A DNA stretch of 64,000 bases from a virus (lineage: Duplodnaviria; Caudoviricetes). The stretch is taken from positions 64,001 through 128,000 of IMG/VR virus record IMGVR_UViG_3300028048_000063. One strand, 5' to 3'. The position numbers and the translations under genes are program-made. Shown piece by piece: positions 59,046 through 64,000 of this stretch (the stretch's first letter is position 1; every line of letters begins with the position of its first letter). The notes beneath the pieces are model-generated. The model saw only the letters and a list, made by a program, of their open reading frames with translations. It was not told where the DNA came from and made no database searches.

Positions 59046-60047
59046 ATGAGATTATTAGTGTTAAAGTGGTATGATACCACAAAAGATGAAGAAGAAAAAG
59101 TAACTGCATTAAAAAATGCAGGCTTTAAAATCCTAGGTAAAGAAAATACCTTTGCCGAAGGCAGAAATTACAAAGTCGAATTACCAAATGCGACTTTAGA
59201 AAACGAAAAAAAGACTTTTTATGAAGTTTTAAACGAGTTACAAACTCAAAAAGAAAAACAAGCAGCCCTTGCAAGAGCCGAAGCAGAAAAAAAAGCTGCT
59301 ATCGAAAGAGCAAGAGTTGAAGCAGAAAAAGCAAAACAAATTGATTGGCTCCACAAAATAATTAAACCAGAAGAAACATACGAAATAAAATACACCTATA
59401 TTGGTTGCCCAGATGGGTATAATGACGAATATAGAATGGATATCGGAAACATTCTTTCCGTATCCATTGGAGATCATTATGATTGGGGAGCCATGGAAGG
59501 TGAGTTCCAAAACTTTACTTGTAAGGGTAAAGAGTTGCTCACCCAATTAAGACTCCATCATCAAGACAGATGGGACAATGACAAAGAAGTCCAAGATTAT
59601 ATCATCGAATATATGATAAATGTATATATCCTTATCGGACTTCCAGGAAGTGGTAAAACTACAATAGCAAAAAAATACCACTATAATGTGGTATCATCCG
59701 ATGCAATAAGAAAAGAGCTATATGGCTCCGAAGAAGCCCAAGGTGATGGGCGTGTTGTATTCAAAACATTTTATGATAAAATGGAAAGAATACTATATAA
59801 TGGCAGCAGTGTTGTTTGCGATGCTACAAACATTAGCATCAAAGCTAGAGCACAGGCAATTAACTGTGCAAAAAAATACGGCACAAGAATTGTCGGTATA
59901 TGGATCAAAAAAGATGCAGACACATGTATCGAGCAACAAAAAAACAGGGATAGACAAGTCCCTGTAGATGTCATAAAAAATATGGAATCTCGCTTCGAAG
60001 TACCAACATTAGAAGAAGGATTCGATGATATAATTATCATAAGTTAA
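59046..60047 (+). CDS. Unknown N-terminal domain fused to an AAA_33 polynucleotide-kinase-like P-loop domain
   Basis: GLPGSGKTT, SSDAIR, DATN...R, R.RQVP..VI, P.LEEGFD. Confidence 0.8.
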   Translation: MRLLVLKWYDTTKDEEEKVTALKNAGFKILGKENTFAEGRNYKVELPNATLENEKKTFYEVLNELQTQKEKQAALARAEAEKKAAIERARVEAEKAKQIDWLHKIIKPEETYEIKYTYIGCPDGYNDEYRMDIGNILSVSIGDHYDWGAMEGEFQNFTCKGKELLTQLRLHHQDRWDNDKEVQDYIIEYMINVYILIGLPGSGKTTIAKKYHYNVVSSDAIRKELYGSEEAQGDGRVVFKTFYDKMERILYNGSSVVCDATNISIKARAQAINCAKKYGTRIVGIWIKKDADTCIEQQKNRDRQVPVDVIKNMESRFEVPTLEEGFDDIIIIS

Positions 60048-60086
60048 CTCATGATCAAGCTGACCTATCGGCTATACGGGGAAACA

Positions 60087-60142
60087 AACTCAGGGAACAG
60101 GTGAGGCCCCTGCAGAGTCGCTGTGAATTGCGACGATGAGTT
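60087..60142 (+). ncRNA. Hammerhead-like three-way junction with a variant core
   Basis: Stem III AACTC/GAGTT, stem I GGG/CCC, CTGCAGA, stem II GTCGC/GCGAC, GAT; ACAG in loop I is complementary to CTGT at loop II. Confidence 0.45.
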
Positions 60143-60195
60143 AAAATCCAGAAGCCAAAAATATAAACAAACCATATTAAAAAGGAGAAATAATT

Positions 60196-60690
60196 ATGGA
60201 ATTAAAATATGTTATAGTCACCGACTATCACAATGGTAACAAAAAATCTAGACTATATTTCGTTTCGAAAGAAAACAATATAGAAATCTGGACAGCAAAC
60301 ATTAACGAAGCTAAAACCTTTACTGATGAAAATGTGGCAAAAAACGAATGTATTTTAAATAATATATTCTATGCCCCACAAGGTCATTTTAAAGGTCATG
60401 TGGTCCCAGTCGCTTTTACAAAAGCATCTATTGACAAAACATTTAACAACATAATTGCCGATATGACATCTACTACAACAGGTGACCCTGAAATTATAGC
60501 AGATGCAATAATACGTAGTAAACATGCTTACAGTAAATTACGTGAACGTGAACAAATTGTACTTACTTTAGTCATGTACGGTTTTTCATATGAAACTATT
60601 GGCAAAATGTATAACAGAACTGGCCAAAGAATCGCTGGGATACATAAAATAGCAGAACTTCGTTTTGAAATATTCTGCAAAGAAAATTAG
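60196..60690 (+). CDS. Protein with C-terminal sigma70 region-4/LuxR-type HTH
   Basis: KLREREQIVLTL...GFSYETIGKMYNRTGQRI. Confidence 0.75.
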   Translation: MELKYVIVTDYHNGNKKSRLYFVSKENNIEIWTANINEAKTFTDENVAKNECILNNIFYAPQGHFKGHVVPVAFTKASIDKTFNNIIADMTSTTTGDPEIIADAIIRSKHAYSKLREREQIVLTLVMYGFSYETIGKMYNRTGQRIAGIHKIAELRFEIFCKEN

Positions 60691-60714
60691 TGGTAAAAAT
60701 ACTCAAACATTTCT

Positions 60715-60803
60715 CCCACAGGCCTCTAGCGTAAGCTATGCACACTTGTGGGCGTTTTGTTTTAGCCTCTTACTCCGACAGGCCCTTGCGGCACACTTGT
60801 CGG
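60715..60803 (+). repeat. Two copies of a hairpin motif ACAGGCC...GCACACTTGT
   Basis: 60715-60752 and 60775-60803 with covarying outer stems (CCCAC/GTGGG vs CCGAC/GTCGG). Confidence 0.65.
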
Positions 60804-60842
60804 CGGAACGGTAATACTTTACGGGTGGGTCCAAGGAAGCCC

Positions 60843-60904
60843 GTAAAGATCGAGGGCGGTCAGACCAGACCGTAAGGCCTAGCAGTGGGTCCCAAGTCCC
60901 ATGC
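60843..60904 (+). ncRNA. Circularly permuted twister-like ribozyme candidate
   Basis: GTAAA-GATC-GAGGG, P1 CGGTC/GACCG, TAA, GGCC, P4 GTGGG/CCCAT with a TCCCAAG loop; P2 has one mismatch. Confidence 0.5.
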
Positions 60905-60949
60905 AAAAGTCAAATAAAAAACAAAAAATTCTAACAAAGGAGAAACATT

Positions 60950-61504
60950 ATGGTTACTTTAATCATTTTCTTTATATGTTTCTTGCTTGCAAGTAAACAT
61001 ATAGCAACAACACCTGACTATGATAATCCAGAACAAATCAGGTTCGCCAAATACTCTTATGAATTTTTCTGTGTAAAAAAATTAAAAAAATTACACGAAA
61101 AAAATCACAAAAAATGGGCCGCAGAAATTGAAAAATTAATAAAACTAGAAAACGGAGAATACAACGAACATTACAATTTTTGGATGAAAGCATCTGACCC
61201 AAAAAATCTTCGTTATGAAGCATTATACGAATTAAAATGCGAAAACAATGAAGTTGTTAAATACCTCGTCTGTCTTTGGAAAACACCAAGAAAACACACT
61301 AGACATAAAGATTTAATACAAAATACTCAAAATAATGAGTATACTATTAAACCTTATGAATATAAACAACATAGCGTCCATGGAGACCACGGGTCCAAAG
61401 GACAGCGAAAATGGAAAATTTTCACAAAGTCTGTAAATAAAGCGCGTAAAGAGAAACACTCATATGCGCATTTATATCCAGATCCAGAATATGCAAGTAT
61501 ATAA
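60950..61504 (+). CDS. Hypothetical protein (hydrophobic N-terminus, basic)
   Basis: 184-aa ORF with AAGGAGA SD. Confidence 0.65.
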   Translation: MVTLIIFFICFLLASKHIATTPDYDNPEQIRFAKYSYEFFCVKKLKKLHEKNHKKWAAEIEKLIKLENGEYNEHYNFWMKASDPKNLRYEALYELKCENNEVVKYLVCLWKTPRKHTRHKDLIQNTQNNEYTIKPYEYKQHSVHGDHGSKGQRKWKIFTKSVNKARKEKHSYAHLYPDPEYASI

Positions 61505-61551
61505 TCTAACCCCCAAGGCTTGGGCCTGCCTATATACAAAGGCCCACTTAT

Positions 61552-61609
61552 GTGTATTCTAATTTCTTTTGAAATGGTAGTATGGGTTCAAATCCCGAAA
61601 TACACACCA
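61552..61609 (+). ncRNA. D-armless mini-tRNA-like element with encoded CCA
   Basis: Acceptor GTGTATT/AATACAC + ACCA; T arm TGGG-TTCAAAT-CCCG; only a short ATTTC-TTTT-GAAAT hairpin in between. Confidence 0.55.
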
Positions 61610-61678
61610 ACAAATTTGGTGCCGACCATAAAGACGGAAAATCTACCCCATTCATAATAAGGTAGAGGAGATACGATT

Positions 61679-62695
61679 ATGAAGCAAGATAACAACAAAA
61701 TTAGCTTAAAAAGCTACTCAGCACAACTTGATGCAATGAGACAAGCCAATGCAAAACAAAGAGAAATTGAGGCAAGAATGGCAGCAGCACGTAAAGTGAA
61801 AGCCGACAAAAAAGCGGCAGCAGACTTTGGTGCAATGGTAGAAGCTCTTGGCGTAATCACGATTAACAGTGAAAACAAGATTATAGCGGCTAGACAAGCA
61901 TACACAAATATGTCAGAAGAAGCCAAACAACTACAAACAGTCGCTGGAAACAAAGAACTCAAAATCGATGGCAGCTTGTCTAAATTAGTAAAAGCAGAAA
62001 ATGCTCTTAAGCAAGTCAAAGATGATATCAGACTTGCCCACGAAAGAGCAGTTTCAGCAGCAGATAGAAAAATCTACCTCGAAGCCTCAAAAATCAAAGG
62101 TATAAGAACTCAAGCAGAGAACTTAAAAACAGAGGCTTTAAACGGTCCATACGCTGAATGTGCTAAAGTCATCTTTACGATGTTACCTCATGTTGGTGCT
62201 TTAAACACAAAAGACGATACAATTATCGCAGCTGCAAAAAAAGCTCGTAACAAGGTATATAATGATATCGATACAGTTGCAATATACTTCCACAATGAAT
62301 GTAAAGAGCTTAAGCAAACTTTAAAGCGCCAAATTCAATGGATAGTAGACAAGTATGTAGCAAAACGTGGTACAGCAACAATGGAAGATATTGACAAAGA
62401 AATCAGTACAAAATATTCAAAGTATAATCTTGTCTATGTTATTCCTGCAGGTGCAGTATTTAACATTGTTAAAACTGCAATAGGCATAAAAGTAACAATT
62501 TATACTTTAAATAAATGGTTCGGTTTAGACAAAGATGATTCTTGGGAAGTCTGTATCCCAGAGTCTGTACCAGAAATTTGTTTTGATAGTATTGACACGG
62601 AAGAAGACTTTAACGAATCCGACTTTGATATGGATAAAATATTTGGTTTGTTAGATGACTCAGACAGCAACAGCGATAGTGGTGAAGACAAGTAA
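61679..62695 (+). CDS. Hypothetical Ala/Lys-rich helical protein
   Basis: 338-aa ORF with GAGGAG SD; acidic C-terminus. Confidence 0.7.
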   Translation: MKQDNNKISLKSYSAQLDAMRQANAKQREIEARMAAARKVKADKKAAADFGAMVEALGVITINSENKIIAARQAYTNMSEEAKQLQTVAGNKELKIDGSLSKLVKAENALKQVKDDIRLAHERAVSAADRKIYLEASKIKGIRTQAENLKTEALNGPYAECAKVIFTMLPHVGALNTKDDTIIAAAKKARNKVYNDIDTVAIYFHNECKELKQTLKRQIQWIVDKYVAKRGTATMEDIDKEISTKYSKYNLVYVIPAGAVFNIVKTAIGIKVTIYTLNKWFGLDKDDSWEVCIPESVPEICFDSIDTEEDFNESDFDMDKIFGLLDDSDSNSDSGEDK

Positions 62696-62702
62696 CCGCT
62701 AG

Positions 62703-62771
62703 TTAGTATATCCGTATAAGCGTCATTTCAGGTTGAGCTAGACTCCCTGGGGTGACGCTTGGGTATATTAA
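62703..62771 (+). other. Long intergenic hairpin
   Basis: TTAGTATATCC/GGGTATATTAA plus AAGCGTCATTTCAGG/CCTGGGGTGACGCTT. Confidence 0.65.
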
Positions 62772-62833
62772 TAAGAGTATATACATAGAGATATACTGCT
62801 ATTAATATAACCATAATAAAGGAGAAAAATAAT

Positions 62834-63247
62834 ATGGAAATTAAAAACTTAACAACAAACATGATCAAAAAAACAATTCAAGAATTTTGTGACACAAAAC
62901 AAGATATTGATTTGTCAGCAACAGAAATCTTAGGACAAGATATAGTCTACAGAGATACTCCAGAGTTAGATGAAGTTAGAATCGTAAATTACTTCAAGCA
63001 CGAATTTATTGAGCTCACATTAACAGCTAACTATGGACATAACGGCGTTGCAAACTTTTCTGGTAGTATCCTTGTTTCTACTAGATATTTGACACACCAG
63101 GATTGGAATGGAGAATGTCTTCCTATAATCAATATAGACCAGCAGCTCTTAACTAGAGCAAACGCAACAAACGATTTCAAGGATATTCTCAAGGCTATAG
63201 TTATTGACAAAAAGATTACAAATATGTCACACATTATATTAAAATAG
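62834..63247 (+). CDS. Hypothetical protein
   Basis: 137-aa ORF with AAGGAGA SD. Confidence 0.7.
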   Translation: MEIKNLTTNMIKKTIQEFCDTKQDIDLSATEILGQDIVYRDTPELDEVRIVNYFKHEFIELTLTANYGHNGVANFSGSILVSTRYLTHQDWNGECLPIINIDQQLLTRANATNDFKDILKAIVIDKKITNMSHIILK

Positions 63248-63258
63248 GAGAAAAGAAC

Positions 63259-63594
63259 ATGAAAGCAGAAAACATTATCAGTGTCAACAACGCAAGACAA
63301 TTCAACCAACTCTACGAAAAAGAGTTAGTAATTGCTAGAACAGAAGAAGGTACCCCTAGAGATAATTTAGCATGGAGTATTTTACTCTTTGGTAATGATT
63401 ATATTATATATAAACAAGAACCAAAGAACGATAGCAGTTTTTATCCAATTATTCTAACAAAAGTTAGAGCAATGGATAGTATAGCAAAAGCATTAGATTT
63501 TACAAAAAAGATCGGATGCAGTAAATTCTGTATTAAAGACCATGATGTTTATGTCGATGATCTAAGCTATAACGAAGTCTTGAACAGAATTTAA
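63259..63594 (+). CDS. Hypothetical protein
   Basis: 111-aa ORF with AGGAGA SD. Confidence 0.7.
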   Translation: MKAENIISVNNARQFNQLYEKELVIARTEEGTPRDNLAWSILLFGNDYIIYKQEPKNDSSFYPIILTKVRAMDSIAKALDFTKKIGCSKFCIKDHDVYVDDLSYNEVLNRI

Positions 63595-63692
63595 AATCAC
63601 AATATATGATAGTCTACATCCCTATGCATGCGTAAGTATTGAGTTTACGGCATAAGGGGTGTGGGCTTAAAAATATTCTGGAGGAAAAGAAA

Positions 63693-64000
63693 ATGAACAC
63701 ATTATTAGCAGAAGAAGTTTTACAAAATTTAAAACCAATATTTCTACAAAATGCTTCTTGGCCCCAACAACAAAAAATCGAGAGCGTATCGAAAAAATTT
63801 TTAGAAATATTAGAAGATTTGAGTATTCAAAATTTTGAATATTCTAAGAAATATGAATATGCCCCAGGTGCAAAAAAGCACCACCATAACTATAAGCACG
63901 GATTGTTAGTGCATAGTGCAACCTTAGCTATGGAGCTAGCCAAGAGAAGTGCAAACATCGACTTAACGGCCTATGATTGTGCAGTGATAGCATTCGCACA
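63693..64000 (+). CDS. HD-domain protein, YhaM/CBF1-like (truncated by window end)
   Basis: Manual translation from ATG 63693 (GGAGG SD) contains APGAKKHHHNYKHGLLVHS and reaches VIAFA at the edge, just where the HD dyad is expected. Confidence 0.7.
   Translation, partial: MNTLLAEEVLQNLKPIFLQNASWPQQQKIESVSKKFLEILEDLSIQNFEYSKKYEYAPGAKKHHHNYKHGLLVHSATLAMELAKRSANIDLTAYDCAVIAFA

Noticed and set aside
56920-59109. Short ORFs on both strands within the 2-kb GC-rich region (e.g. 56975..57310, 57944..58225, 58528..58719)
   Set aside because: No SD sites, Arg/Ser/Cys-rich composition unlike the phage's genes, mutually overlapping; better explained as structured RNA
1-64000. Stop-codon reassignment (code 4 or 15)
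   Set aside because: Genes are intact under code 11, and TAA, TAG and TGA all terminate tightly packed genes

Overview
This is 64 kb of a large, AT-rich tailed phage genome using genetic code 11. It has an SPbeta/yon-yom-like layout, and strong AGGAGG Shine-Dalgarno sites plus sigmaA-type promoters suggest a Firmicutes-type host. From 48.8 kb down to position 1 the minus strand carries the late region: terminase, portal, protease-scaffold, major capsid, neck and tail genes, holin, RuvC-like resolvase, tyrosine recombinase, a NrdD/NrdG/glutaredoxin block and about 14 kb of tail-fibre/adhesin genes. These are followed by a Cys-rich protein plus radical SAM/SPASM cassette, a SipW-signal (TasA-like) protein, a small promoter-driven cassette headed by an odd tRNA-like RNA, and the N-terminal 1071 aa of a giant protein. 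From 49.3 kb the plus strand carries a YonO-like single-subunit RNA polymerase and then an unusually RNA-rich island. The island contains a DUF2828/TROVE-vWA (Ro60-like) gene followed by two related small RNA units, a HAD nucleotidase, and a ~2 kb non-coding, GC-richer, hairpin-dense region (candidate giant structured RNA) that ends in a textbook type-P1 twister ribozyme. Downstream lie a polynucleotide-kinase-like gene, a hammerhead-like variant, tandem novel hairpin motifs, a permuted twister-like element, a D-armless mini-tRNA with CCA and an HD-domain nuclease. The best candidates for undescribed biology are the ribozyme-released ~2 kb RNA with its Ro-like RNP neighbour, and the tail-module radical SAM system. 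All calls come from motif recognition by eye; no searches or folding computations were run.
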